A stretch of DNA of 51,343 nt from Pseudomonadota bacterium (GTDB lineage: Bacteria > Bdellovibrionota_B > Oligoflexia > Oligoflexales > Oligoflexaceae): assembly GCA_004193325.1 (NCBI GenBank), contig SEDW01000004.1, positions 1-51,343 on the forward strand. The letters are read 5' to 3'. Below, piece by piece: positions 39,433-48,780 of the stretch. Position 1 is the stretch's first letter. Each line of letters begins with the position of its first letter. The notes beneath the pieces are model-generated. The model was not told the DNA's origin. It ran no database searches and saw nothing but the letters and a program-made list of their open reading frames with translations. Position numbers and translations under genes: made by a program.

Positions 39433-39516
39433 GCGATGGTGGTGGAATTGGTAGACACGCTAGTCTCAGAAGCTAGTGGCCTTACGGCTGTGCGGGTTCA
39501 AGTCCCGCCCTTCGCA
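39433..39516 (+). tRNA. tRNA-Leu(CAG), CCA not encoded
   Basis: GGAATTGGTAGAC D arm, anticodon arm CTAGT-CTCAGAA-GCTAG, long variable arm, GGGTTCAAGTCCC T arm, discriminator A. Confidence 0.93.
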
Positions 39517-39533
39517 CTCTAATAAAAAAGATC

Positions 39534-39570
39534 AAACCCTGAAGCCTTATGGCTTTAGGGTTTTTCTTTT
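39534..39570 (+). terminator. Intrinsic terminator after tRNA-Leu
   Basis: AAACCCTGAAGCC-TTAT-GGCTTTAGGGTTT-TTCTTTT. Confidence 0.85.
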
Positions 39571-39704
39571 GCCTCGGGAACCGCTCTTGAGGCGAGGATC
39601 TCTCCACTTTCAATCCCAGGCGAGAAACGATAGTTTAAAGCCTGACAAACTGAAGTGGTGCAAGGCCTTCTAGGCGCCTGCATGAAGATCAACTCCAATT
39701 CGCG

Positions 39705-41498
39705 ATGGCCATTCCATTGATCTATCCCTATTTAAAACGTCGACTTCCTGAGCTTGGCATTGCAACCCTTTGCTCGATCGCCCTAGGCTTTGCCTCGACG
39801 GTGACCTTTGCTCTCATCGGCCCAGTTTTTGAAGTGTTAGGCAAACCTAATGATTCGCGCGTTGTTACTTTCGTTGAGTTGATGGGCAAAAATATCGGCG
39901 CCTGGATCAGTCAGATGACGGGCCGCGAATCCATGTTGAGTTCCGAACTCTGGAGTCTTCTCCCGATTCTTCTCATCGCTGCGGCCACGGTTCGTGCGGT
40001 TCTGGCACTCGCGCAGTGGTATCTCCTGGAGCGAAGCAGCGAGAAGATCGCCAAAGAAATGCGAAGTGACCTCGTCCAAGCTTACATCACTGTGGATCCC
40101 GAGAAACGTCGTGGTCTCAACCAGGAGATCGACCAGGAAATTGGATCGGCGATTGGCAACGACATACGAATGGTTCGAGAGTTTGTCGTCCACTTTTACG
40201 GTGGTTTTCCAAGAGAACTCATCCAGGTCATCTTTTTTCTCGCGAGTCTTTTCTATCTCGACTGGAAGCTCTCACTCATCTTTATCGTCGGCATTGGCCC
40301 AGCGGCGGCAATTCTTTCGAAGCTCGGTAAAAAGCTTCGCAAGCGTTCACAGGCCGCGCTCGGCAACAGCAGTGGGATGCTCGAATGGCTCCAGCAAAGA
40401 ATGAGCGGAATTGAAACGATCAAGCAGTTTCAAACGGAAGCGATCGAGCAGGAACGCATGGAAAAAAAATCTGGCGAGCTCTTGAAAAACTTTCTCAAGG
40501 CTGCTCGCGTGAAAGCCCGAACGTCTCCCCTCCTGGAAGTCGTGGCAACAGCAGCAATGGTTGTTGTTCTGATCTATGCCCTGGGCGCCATTGCTCGCAA
40601 AGAGATGAGCGGCAGCACACTCCTTTCCTTTCTGGTGCTCCTCGGAGTTCTCTCCCAGTCGGCCTCGAAGCTTGGGCGCTATTTCAACAGTAATAAAGAG
40701 GGTGAGGCCGCTCTCAATCGATTGAACAAGATTATGACGGCAATGAATTCCGTTGCCGCAAGCGAAATCCCCATGCACTGCGATAAGGACTTGCCGGAAG
40801 CTCTGACGATTGAAAACCTGAGTTATGCTTACGACCCTGACGCGAGCCCTGCGCTCAAAGATTTTTCAGCGAAATTCGAACGAGGCAAGATCTATGCGGT
40901 GGCTGGCCCTTCGGGTTCAGGTAAAAGCACTCTCGTTAAGCTTCTGCTTGGGCTTTGGCATCCAGGCAAGGGGTCGGTGACATTCGGCATCAAGGGGCGC
41001 GAGGAGCTTGGATATCTGCCTCAAAACGTACAGCTCCTCCCAGGCCCGCTCGTTGGCAATATCGTCTACCCCCAGCTTGAATTCGACACCGAGCGCCTTC
41101 GTGAATCCCTACGCAAGGTGGGGATGCTCGAATTTATCGAAGCCCTTCCTAAAAAGTGGATGTCGGAAGTCGGTGAAGGTGGAGATATCGTCTTATCCGG
41201 AGGCCAGGCACAGAGGCTGCAAATTGCCCGCCTTATCTACTTTGCCTATCCTCTTCTCGTCATTGACGAAGGGACTTCAGCGCTCGATCCTGAGGTGGAA
41301 ACTCTCGTTTTAAGAACCTTGCAGGATATGGCAAGAGCGGGTTCCACGATAATCATGGTTGCTCATAGAGTGGCCGTTCTTCAGCTTGCGGAGCAGGTCT
41401 TCGTCCTTAAAAACGGTAGCACCCAATATGTGGGCGAGCCGAAAGAGTTTCTCAAACGTCCTGATTGGCGAAGCTACTTTGAAATGTCGGAAGACTGA
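39705..41498 (+). CDS. ABC exporter TMD-NBD fusion, MsbA-like
   Basis: Six TM segments; GPSGSGKST, LSGGQ.QRL..AR, DEGTSALD, AHR. Confidence 0.9.
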   Translation: MAIPLIYPYLKRRLPELGIATLCSIALGFASTVTFALIGPVFEVLGKPNDSRVVTFVELMGKNIGAWISQMTGRESMLSSELWSLLPILLIAAATVRAVLALAQWYLLERSSEKIAKEMRSDLVQAYITVDPEKRRGLNQEIDQEIGSAIGNDIRMVREFVVHFYGGFPRELIQVIFFLASLFYLDWKLSLIFIVGIGPAAAILSKLGKKLRKRSQAALGNSSGMLEWLQQRMSGIETIKQFQTEAIEQERMEKKSGELLKNFLKAARVKARTSPLLEVVATAAMVVVLIYALGAIARKEMSGSTLLSFLVLLGVLSQSASKLGRYFNSNKEGEAALNRLNKIMTAMNSVAASEIPMHCDKDLPEALTIENLSYAYDPDASPALKDFSAKFERGKIYAVAGPSGSGKSTLVKLLLGLWHPGKGSVTFGIKGREELGYLPQNVQLLPGPLVGNIVYPQLEFDTERLRESLRKVGMLEFIEALPKKWMSEVGEGGDIVLSGGQAQRLQIARLIYFAYPLLVIDEGTSALDPEVETLVLRTLQDMARAGSTIIMVAHRVAVLQLAEQVFVLKNGSTQYVGEPKEFLKRPDWRSYFEMSED

Positions 41499-41528
41499 TT
41501 TTTCACATTCAAAATTTTCTTTATGAAT

Positions 41529-41560
41529 AAAAAAATTGGGCACCTGAATCAGGTGCCCAA
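41529..41560 (-). terminator. Intrinsic terminator after etfA
   Basis: Inverted repeat TTGGGCACCTGA-A-TCAGGTGCCCAA with a T tract on the minus strand. Confidence 0.85.
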
Positions 41561-41592
41561 CGGTAAACCATTTTGAACTGAGGGCTGGAGGA

Positions 41593-42558
41593 TTAACCTC
41601 TCAACTCTTTGAGTTTCTTCGTCAACTCAGGGATTGCTGTGAAAAGGTCAGCAACGATACCGTAGTTAGCGATTTTGAAGATCGGAGCTTCTGGGTCAGT
41701 GTTGATGGCAACGATGACTTTCGAAGTTCTCATACCAGCCATGTGCTGGATAGAACCGCTGATACCGGCAGCGATGTAGAGGTTAGGGTTAACTGTCTTA
41801 CCAGTTTGTCCAACCTGCATCTCGTGCGATGCGTAGCCAGCATCAACAGCAGCGCGTGAAGCACCGACAGTTGCGCCGAGAACGTCAGCAGCTTCGTTAA
41901 GAATTTTGAACGCGTCAGCCGAACCCAAAGAACGTCCACCAGAGATGATAACGCCGGCTTCGGTAAGGTCGACTTTTTCGCTCTTGTCTTTGCGGATTTC
42001 GACAGTTTTGAGCTTGGAATCTGCTGCAGCAACTTCGAGCTTGGTAACGTTTGCAGCACCGTCGCTTGCGTCGGCTTTGAATACGTTAGCGCGAAGAGTG
42101 GCGAACTGGATTTTGCTGTTTTGGAATGTGACTTCCGCATAAGCTTTACCCGAGTACATTGGCTTGAGGCCAACCAGAGTTTCGCCTTCAGCTTTCAATT
42201 CGATAAGGTCTGTTGCGATACCAGCGTCGTGGCGAGCTGCCAAACGTGGGAACACATCACGACCCATTGGTGTTGCCATTCCAAGAACTACAGTTGGGCT
42301 GAACGACTTGATCGCTTGGTCTACAGCAGAGCCGTAGTTGAAAACGTTGTAGTGTTCGAAGCCAGCGCCAGAGACTGCAAATACAGTGTCCGCGCCGTGG
42401 TTTTTCAACTCAGCTGTGATGCCATCGATAGAGCTACCAACAACAACAGCGGCTACGTTAGCAGCCGAACCAGCGAGTTTACGAGCAGTTGAAAGGGCTT
42501 CAAGAGAGGCCTTTTTCAATTTATTTTCACGTTGTTCAATAAAAACTAGAACTTTCAT
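41593..42558 (-). CDS. etfA: Electron transfer flavoprotein alpha subunit
   Basis: [40 protein letters not shown]. Confidence 0.98.
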   Translation of the reverse strand: MKVLVFIEQRENKLKKASLEALSTARKLAGSAANVAAVVVGSSIDGITAELKNHGADTVFAVSGAGFEHYNVFNYGSAVDQAIKSFSPTVVLGMATPMGRDVFPRLAARHDAGIATDLIELKAEGETLVGLKPMYSGKAYAEVTFQNSKIQFATLRANVFKADASDGAANVTKLEVAAADSKLKTVEIRKDKSEKVDLTEAGVIISGGRSLGSADAFKILNEAADVLGATVGASRAAVDAGYASHEMQVGQTGKTVNPNLYIAAGISGSIQHMAGMRTSKVIVAINTDPEAPIFKIANYGIVADLFTAIPELTKKLKELRG

Positions 42559-42570
42559 GCTTGCCTCTCC

Positions 42571-43356
42571 TTAGAGTACTTTCGCTTCTTCGCGCAGCAG
42601 TTTAACGACTTTGGCAACCATTGCTTCGACTGCCTCACCTTTGAAGATCTGGCCAGCTTGCTTTTGAGGCGGGTACTGGTAAGATTTCACGGTAAGTTTA
42701 GGAGCCAATTGAGCTGCATCGACACCAAGGTCAGCAGGTTTTTTGACGTCGAAAGGTTTCTTCTTGGCTTTCATGATACCAGGAAGAGCTGCGTAACGTG
42801 GGTTGTTGAGACCTTTGTTTGCGCCGATAACAGCAGGAAGAGCAAACTTGTACACTTCGACGTGACCGCCTTCTGCTTCGCGTTCAGCAGTGACGTTGGT
42901 GCCGTCGATAGCGAGTTTGGTAACAACGTTTACGTGTGCCCAATCAAGGATTTCGCCAAGCATTGGTCCGACGTGCATGTTGTCGTCATCGATCGCTTGC
43001 TTACCGACCAATACCAAGTCTGCTTTTTCTGCTTTAACAGCAGCAGCGAGGACTTTAGCAATTGCTAGTGAGTCAAGGTTCGCGAGGCCATCATTCGAGA
43101 TGAGGAGACCGCGGTCGCCGCCCATTGCCAAGCCTTTGATAATCAGCTCGCGAACGGATTCGTCGCCAAAGCTGGCAATAACGACTTCAGTTCCTGGGGT
43201 TTTCTCTTTGATTTGAATCGCTTGTTCGATGGCGTATTCATCATATGGGTTGATGATAAATTTGACATCGCCAGTTTCAACTGCAGTGTTGCTGCTGTTG
43301 AATTGAATCTTACTTTCTGTATCAGGTGTTTTTTTAAGGAACACTAAAATTTTCAT
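42571..43356 (-). CDS. etfB: Electron transfer flavoprotein beta subunit
   Basis: INPYDEYA.E.A, LAMG.D, GKQAIDDD, PRY..LPGIMKAKKKP. Confidence 0.98.
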   Translation of the reverse strand: MKILVFLKKTPDTESKIQFNSSNTAVETGDVKFIINPYDEYAIEQAIQIKEKTPGTEVVIASFGDESVRELIIKGLAMGGDRGLLISNDGLANLDSLAIAKVLAAAVKAEKADLVLVGKQAIDDDNMHVGPMLGEILDWAHVNVVTKLAIDGTNVTAEREAEGGHVEVYKFALPAVIGANKGLNNPRYAALPGIMKAKKKPFDVKKPADLGVDAAQLAPKLTVKSYQYPPQKQAGQIFKGEAVEAMVAKVVKLLREEAKVL

Positions 43357-43521
43357 GATAGACCTCGATCCGTCTCTTCATCATTGGTTTTTCAGTCTGC
43401 GGCATGAGATTAGCAGCAGAAATATGGATTTGGCAACTGGAAGGGACAGTAGGCTGGCCAGTGACCCAATATTCTTCTAGAGCGCTAACGTTCAACGAAC
43501 AAATGTTAGGACATTGTCCGT

Positions 43522-44676
43522 CTATTCATGCGTATTCAGAGCTTCCATGGCAGCACTTACACCCGCACCCAGCTTGCTTGTATGACCGAGTTTTTGCAGG
43601 CCCATTTCAAGGGCTGCTATGCCGCCAATCAAGTCGAGTTCATCGACAATTCCAAGATGTGCGAGACGAATAATTTTGCCTTTCAGATGATCCTGACCAC
43701 CCGCAAATACAGTGCCAAAGCGCGCTCGGCAGTATTTGAGAAGTTTGCTGCCATCAATGTTCGACGGCAGTTCGATAGCGGTGAGCGCGTGGGAATGATT
43801 GGATTTGCTGAAGAGTTTAAGGCCCATTCCGCCCGCTGCTTTTTGGCAGGCGATGGCTAAACGTTTATGATGGGCTTCACAGGCTTTTGGTCCGCTCTTC
43901 GCCAAGATTTCCAGTGAAATCAGGAGACTTTCAATCAGAGTTGTCGCAGGTGTCCAGGCTGTTTCACCCTTCGCTTGTCCGTCTCGTTCTTTTTTCAGAT
44001 CAAAATAGAATTTGGGTCTGCTCGACAAACCTTTCCAGGCGCGCTCACTCATCGCGATGAAAGCGAGTCCAGGTGGTATACCAAACCCTTTCTGACTGCC
44101 GGTAAGCAGGCAATCGATCCCGATCTCGTCCATTGGCAGATCGTGTGCAACCAGTGCGGAAATCGCGTCGACAACGATAAGAGCCTGGCTCTTCGCCTTG
44201 ATGGTTTGCACGATTTCCCGAACGGGATAAGCGACGCCGGTTGAGGTTTCATTCGCTTGGAAAAATACGGCCTTGATATCCGGATTGGCGCTAAGAATCT
44301 TGCTGATCTCGGCTTGGTCGGGCGCCTCACCCCAGGTGAAGTCGAGCGAAATAACTTCACAGTGATACGCCGAAGCCATTTTACCCCAACGTTCGCCAAA
44401 TTTGCCGCCGTTAAGGACGAGGACTCGCTCCTTTGGATTTGTCAGATTGACCAGAGCTGCTTCCATTGCTCCTGTGCCTGAACTTGTCAGGATAAGTGGC
44501 GCTTCTGTGCTGCCAAAAAATCCTTGGAGGAGTTTACGCGCGCTCAGGAATTTTTCTCGGAAAAGATCAGTGCGGTGGTAGACGTTGGTCTGGAGCGCAG
44601 CGACAGCAGCAGCTTGAGGGACAGGGGTTGGGCCGGGGCAGTACAAACGGTCTTTTACGAACACGTAGTCATCCAT
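43522..44676 (-). CDS. Class V PLP aminotransferase (alanine-glyoxylate/serine-pyruvate family)
   Basis: PGPTPV, SSGTGAMEA, ETSTGV, VDAIS, GSQKG..PPGL, GGQ..L.GKI.R..H.G. Confidence 0.93.
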   Translation of the reverse strand: MDDYVFVKDRLYCPGPTPVPQAAAVAALQTNVYHRTDLFREKFLSARKLLQGFFGSTEAPLILTSSGTGAMEAALVNLTNPKERVLVLNGGKFGERWGKMASAYHCEVISLDFTWGEAPDQAEISKILSANPDIKAVFFQANETSTGVAYPVREIVQTIKAKSQALIVVDAISALVAHDLPMDEIGIDCLLTGSQKGFGIPPGLAFIAMSERAWKGLSSRPKFYFDLKKERDGQAKGETAWTPATTLIESLLISLEILAKSGPKACEAHHKRLAIACQKAAGGMGLKLFSKSNHSHALTAIELPSNIDGSKLLKYCRARFGTVFAGGQDHLKGKIIRLAHLGIVDELDLIGGIAALEMGLQKLGHTSKLGAGVSAAMEALNTHE

Positions 44677-44767
44677 AGGAGTCTCCTCAAATTGCTAACG
44701 AGAGCAATTAGATTTCTCCTAGGTCAGACTTCCTTGCAATGGAAAATGCGAAAGGTTGGGGAGAAGA

Positions 44768-46075
44768 TCAGGGATTGCGGGCCTGCATGCTTCCACCTTG
44801 TATGGATGGAATCGGTACATTCAGGGACTGGCCCAGCTTTAAGCGTTTGGCATTCAGGTTCGGATTGGTTTCGAGAATTTTCTTCACAGTGATCTTATAT
44901 CGCCTTGCAATCGAGGCAACCGTATCACCCCGTTTGACCCGATGAATGAGGATGTCGGAAATAGTCAGGCGTTCCAGTTCGGGTTCGACGTTTGCCCAAT
45001 GGCTCTCGAGAGATTTCGGGACTCGGATTGTATAGACTTTGCGGCGAACCGGATTGATTGGCGGCGTGATGCCCTGCATCATTTCCGGATTCCATTTGAG
45101 TAGATCCTCTTCCGGTACACCGAGCTTATGTGCAATGTCTGCCATGCGATAGGAATTGTAGAGTTCAATCGTGGCGGTCGGAGCCTTGTTGCGAATGTCA
45201 GCCACGACTTCGAAACCATAGGTCGAGGCGTGACTTGCGACGATCAGGGCAGCGAGGAGTTTCGGCACGTAATCCTTGGTCTCAGGGCGAAGATAGGGCG
45301 AACGAGCGAGAACCCAGTAATCCCGGGATTTCATGGCTTTCATAGCCTTGATAACGCGAGTGGGGCCAGCGTTGTAGGCAGCCAGTGCAAGATACCAATC
45401 ACCAAACTGAGAATAGAGATCTTTCAGGTAACGCGCGGCAGCCAGAGTCGACTTGGATGGATCGCGTCGTTCGTCGATCCAGTAGTTGACCTGAAGACCA
45501 TAATGCTCTGCTGTTGGCTTCATGAATTGCCAGGTGCCCGAGGCTTTCGCGTGGCTGAAAGCATAGTTGCTGAAGCCGGACTCGATCATGGCGAGAAAGA
45601 AGAACTCCGGCGGCAGGCCTTCGTCCTTAAGAAGTTTTGTCACAGGTTCGCGATAGGAAGCGCTTCGAACCAGCCAGAGAAGAAAGTCTGAGCGGCCACG
45701 ACCGGTAAAATAGGAAATCCAGGAGAGCACGCGTGGAGACGGAGTGATTGGAGCGCCGGAGAATTCCAAAGGCAACTGATAGCGAAGAACCTTGAAGCTC
45801 TCCTCGTTGGCTAGCTCGCTGGCTTCACGGCTATTCGTGTGGTTTTGGCTGCTGAATTCGTTACGTATGTGTTGAGTATAGATATCATCGTTACAAAAGC
45901 GTGGCTGGATGGGTTGATCCGCTTCCACTTCCGGACGCGCATCGCTGAGATCCGGTGTGGAGGAGATTTCGTTGATAGTCGGCTTCACGTCTTGTGCGCT
46001 TTGGCAGGCGACGAGAAAGATGGCTATAATGCTGATAAAAAAATGACCCAAACCTGTACTCCAGATCGGAAGCAT
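44768..46075 (-). CDS. Membrane-bound lytic transglycosylase MltD-like (SLT + LysM)
   Basis: Lipobox LVAC; IESG, A.G.WQFM..T, AAYNAG, ET..YVPK; LysM HRVKRGDT...IA.RY. Confidence 0.92.
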   Translation of the reverse strand: MLPIWSTGLGHFFISIIAIFLVACQSAQDVKPTINEISSTPDLSDARPEVEADQPIQPRFCNDDIYTQHIRNEFSSQNHTNSREASELANEESFKVLRYQLPLEFSGAPITPSPRVLSWISYFTGRGRSDFLLWLVRSASYREPVTKLLKDEGLPPEFFFLAMIESGFSNYAFSHAKASGTWQFMKPTAEHYGLQVNYWIDERRDPSKSTLAAARYLKDLYSQFGDWYLALAAYNAGPTRVIKAMKAMKSRDYWVLARSPYLRPETKDYVPKLLAALIVASHASTYGFEVVADIRNKAPTATIELYNSYRMADIAHKLGVPEEDLLKWNPEMMQGITPPINPVRRKVYTIRVPKSLESHWANVEPELERLTISDILIHRVKRGDTVASIARRYKITVKKILETNPNLNAKRLKLGQSLNVPIPSIQGGSMQARNP

Positions 46076-46133
46076 CGGCTTCCATGATTCAGAAGAACTA
46101 CGTAAGGGTCTTTCGGCGGAACTTCAGCGAAAC

Positions 46134-46913
46134 TTAGAGGGCAATAGCTGCCGAGAGGCGTTTCAACTCTTCAGATTTTTGCTGAAGCTGAGCTGAACTC
46201 ATTGATTTGTAATAAATGTTGGTATCGCTTTGCTCATCCTTTGCTTTGCCTTTGGCCATTTCCTCAAAAGCTCGTCCAGCTTCAGAGAAAGCAAGCTTTT
46301 GCAGATCTTTGAACTGAGGATATTGCTCGGCGAGTTCGATATAACGATAAGCACAGGAATGATAGATTTCGCGTTTACAGTAGAAGCGCGCGATGAATTC
46401 TGAGTGATCAGCCACGCGACGTTTGCCAGTTTTCAGGAAATCGTCAGCTTTGTTTTTGTAAGTGCTAGTCGGATAACTTACGACAAGTTTTTCCCATTCA
46501 TCGATGGCTTTTATCGTATATTCTTGCTCACGATCGATCTCTTCTGGAGCTTCTGCCCAGTAGGATTCCCCGATTCGATATTGAGCCATATCCGCTTCTG
46601 CGTGGCGCGGATGAAGTTTCACAAATTGTTCGTAGGCAGCTGCTGCTTCCGGAAACTGACTCAGTTTAAAATGGCTGTTAGCAATCATTAACTCCGCGTC
46701 AGGAGCATTTTTGCTATAAGGAAAACGCGACTTAAATTCACCGAGTCGTGTGATCGCCACTTCATACATTTCATCGTCATAAGGCGCGCGTGCTGCAGCA
46801 AATGAAGCTGCGGGATCCGATGGATCAACAGCTTTGTCGACACAGGCAATCGGGATGCTCAGGAAAATGACCAAAAGCATTAGAAGGTTGGAAAATTTTT
46901 CACGAAATTGCAT
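46134..46913 (-). CDS. bamD: Outer membrane assembly lipoprotein BamD
   Basis: Lipoprotein signal; RFPYS..A..A.L, F.KLHP.H...D.A.Y, DR.Q..T..A, IARFY. Confidence 0.88.
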   Translation of the reverse strand: MQFREKFSNLLMLLVIFLSIPIACVDKAVDPSDPAASFAAARAPYDDEMYEVAITRLGEFKSRFPYSKNAPDAELMIANSHFKLSQFPEAAAAYEQFVKLHPRHAEADMAQYRIGESYWAEAPEEIDREQEYTIKAIDEWEKLVVSYPTSTYKNKADDFLKTGKRRVADHSEFIARFYCKREIYHSCAYRYIELAEQYPQFKDLQKLAFSEAGRAFEEMAKGKAKDEQSDTNIYYKSMSSAQLQQKSEELKRLSAAIAL

Positions 46914-47080
46914 GGCTTGCCCTTCAAGTACTTGAACTTTTACCGATAAACTACCATAAGGTCATGAAGGCCAGTAATGACCCTTTTTGAGACGCCAGTT
47001 AGAGTTCAAAGCTCGGTCTGTAATTTCACAAGCATATTGCTTTCGATTACCACCCGGCTGAGTCGATATTTGAGGCCCGA

Positions 47081-48091
47081 TTGAAAAACGACTCTCACAA
47101 AATAACGATGTTCACTGGCGTACCAAGACAAAGCTGGTATTGGGTTGTCGCGGCTATCCTCGTCTCACTTCTCTTCCATATCATATCCATTACGGAATTA
47201 CCAAATCGCCTCCACAATCCCATGCTGCCCGCGCCAAAGTCGACGGCCAAGCACGAAGATGTGAAAGTTAATATCGTCAAAAAGAAGAAGGACGCGGCTG
47301 TTAAAAAACCCGACGCCCAGAAGATTCTTGAGACTCCGCTGCCTGAAACCGCAGCTCCCACTGAGGCCTCCCGCCTTGGCGCCCAGGATCACATTGCAGA
47401 GAAAGAGACCAAGGTCTCAAACCTGCTGCCCCGCCCCAAGGCAGCAGATCCCGGACAGCTCGGTCGTGACATCAAGGCTCAGAAGGCAGGCAAGCCGGCT
47501 CCCCAGGTTGCTCAGGAACAGCCAAAGCCAGAAACCAAGCCGATGACGATGACCCCGAGGAAGTCTGCAGAGGCTGAAGCTAACCGTCAAAAGATGCCAA
47601 GCATTACCGCCCCTGACGGGACAGTCATCGTTCCCTCTCAGGAAAAAATGAAGCCACGGAACAAGTATGAATCTCTGATGCCCAGCTCCCGTGAAATGAA
47701 TAATCAGGTCGCAGCTGGTTACCAGGACTTCGTCGACGATGCTGTCGAAACTGGCGACAAGATCGATATGAATACGACGAACTTTCGATTTATCGGATAT
47801 TTCACCTCGATTCGAAAAGCCTTTGAATTAGTCTGGGTCTATCCCGCTGAAGCGGTTCGCCGTGGTCTTCAGGGTGAAGTTCAGGTCGAATTCACAATTC
47901 AAAAAGACGGCAAGGTCTCTAAGATCAAAGTCGTCGAGACTTCTGGCCATAAGATCCTGGACGATGCCGTTGTCGAGGGGCTGCGCCTCGCCTCCCCCTT
48001 CTCGCCCCTGCCCCCTGGCTATAATAAAGAAAATTTGACAGTTGTCGGATCCTTTCGCTACGTCCTGACCAGTTTCGCTGGCGGCTCCTGA
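47081..48091 (+). CDS. TonB-family energy transducer
   Basis: N-terminal S..H TM (SLLFH), Pro/Lys-rich linker, C-terminal YP.EA.R.G.QG.V...F.I..DG, SG..ILD. Confidence 0.88.
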   Translation: MKNDSHKITMFTGVPRQSWYWVVAAILVSLLFHIISITELPNRLHNPMLPAPKSTAKHEDVKVNIVKKKKDAAVKKPDAQKILETPLPETAAPTEASRLGAQDHIAEKETKVSNLLPRPKAADPGQLGRDIKAQKAGKPAPQVAQEQPKPETKPMTMTPRKSAEAEANRQKMPSITAPDGTVIVPSQEKMKPRNKYESLMPSSREMNNQVAAGYQDFVDDAVETGDKIDMNTTNFRFIGYFTSIRKAFELVWVYPAEAVRRGLQGEVQVEFTIQKDGKVSKIKVVETSGHKILDDAVVEGLRLASPFSPLPPGYNKENLTVVGSFRYVLTSFAGGS

Positions 48092-48152
48092 TTCGCGATT
48101 CCTAAGCGAAAATAATCATAGACCTTTTTTTCCCCTCCAGTACAATTCCAAG

Positions 48153-48168
48153 TGGAACATGCCTTGCA
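48153..48168 (+). promoter_or_regulatory. Putative sigma54 promoter
   Basis: TGGAAC-ATGCC-TTGCA, exact GG-N10-GC spacing. Confidence 0.6.
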
Positions 48169-48303
48169 TTAATGCCTCGTGATGGGACGATCTCGACTTC
48201 GGACGAAGATTCTGACCGTTAACAAGCAAACCCTAGCCATCCCTGGTTTGGGTCCTGACGCACGTTGATTTCTGAACGTTTTTGATGAATCGGAGTGGGA
48301 AAT

Positions 48304-48720
48304 ATGGAAAGCTCTTCGAAGTTTAAAGTTCAGCCCGGCAAGATCGTTACACGTATCGAGGAAATCGATACAACGATCGAAGTTCGTTTTTCAAAGCCCG
48401 TCGATGAGCAAATGCTCTCCCTGATCGAAACTATTCAGGACAGTGTTTCAAACAACGCGGATCGTCGCGCTGAATCATTGAATCATGTGAGTCAGACGCT
48501 TTATCGCGCTCAACGTTCGATCTCCAGTTCGGATAAAATTCTGCTCGATGAACTCGCTCAGGATCTATCCCACTCCGCATTAAAAATAGGCGCTGCAAAG
48601 CTCTTAAGCTCTGCAATTGAAGTGCAAAGCATGGCGCGAATCGGCGATTTCAAAGGTGCTGCTGATCTCTTGGGCCGGATGGAAGTTGAGCTCGTGGAAG
48701 TTCGCGCACATTACCAGTAA
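48304..48720 (+). CDS. Hpt-like domain protein lacking the canonical His
   Basis: AQDLSHSALKIGA..L.....Q..AR.GD...A..L fits the Hpt AHxLKGS..xGA pattern. Confidence 0.7.
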   Translation: MESSSKFKVQPGKIVTRIEEIDTTIEVRFSKPVDEQMLSLIETIQDSVSNNADRRAESLNHVSQTLYRAQRSISSSDKILLDELAQDLSHSALKIGAAKLLSSAIEVQSMARIGDFKGAADLLGRMEVELVEVRAHYQ

Positions 48721-48743
48721 GAACAAATTTTTTAGAGAAAAAT

Positions 48744-48776
48744 AAGCCTAAGCCGGAAACGGTTTAGGCTTTTCTT
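48744..48776. terminator. Bidirectional terminator between Hpt-like gene and aroB
   Basis: AAGCCTAAGCC-GGAAAC-GGTTTAGGCTT-TT. Confidence 0.8.
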
Positions 48777-48780
48777 GTTC

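Noticed and set aside
39476-39673. 65-aa ORF starting in tRNA-Leu
   Set aside because: Translates tRNA and terminator sequence
39433-39700. tRNA-Leu or tRNA-Asn as integration sites
   Set aside because: No integrase and no duplicated tRNA 3' end seen in the window
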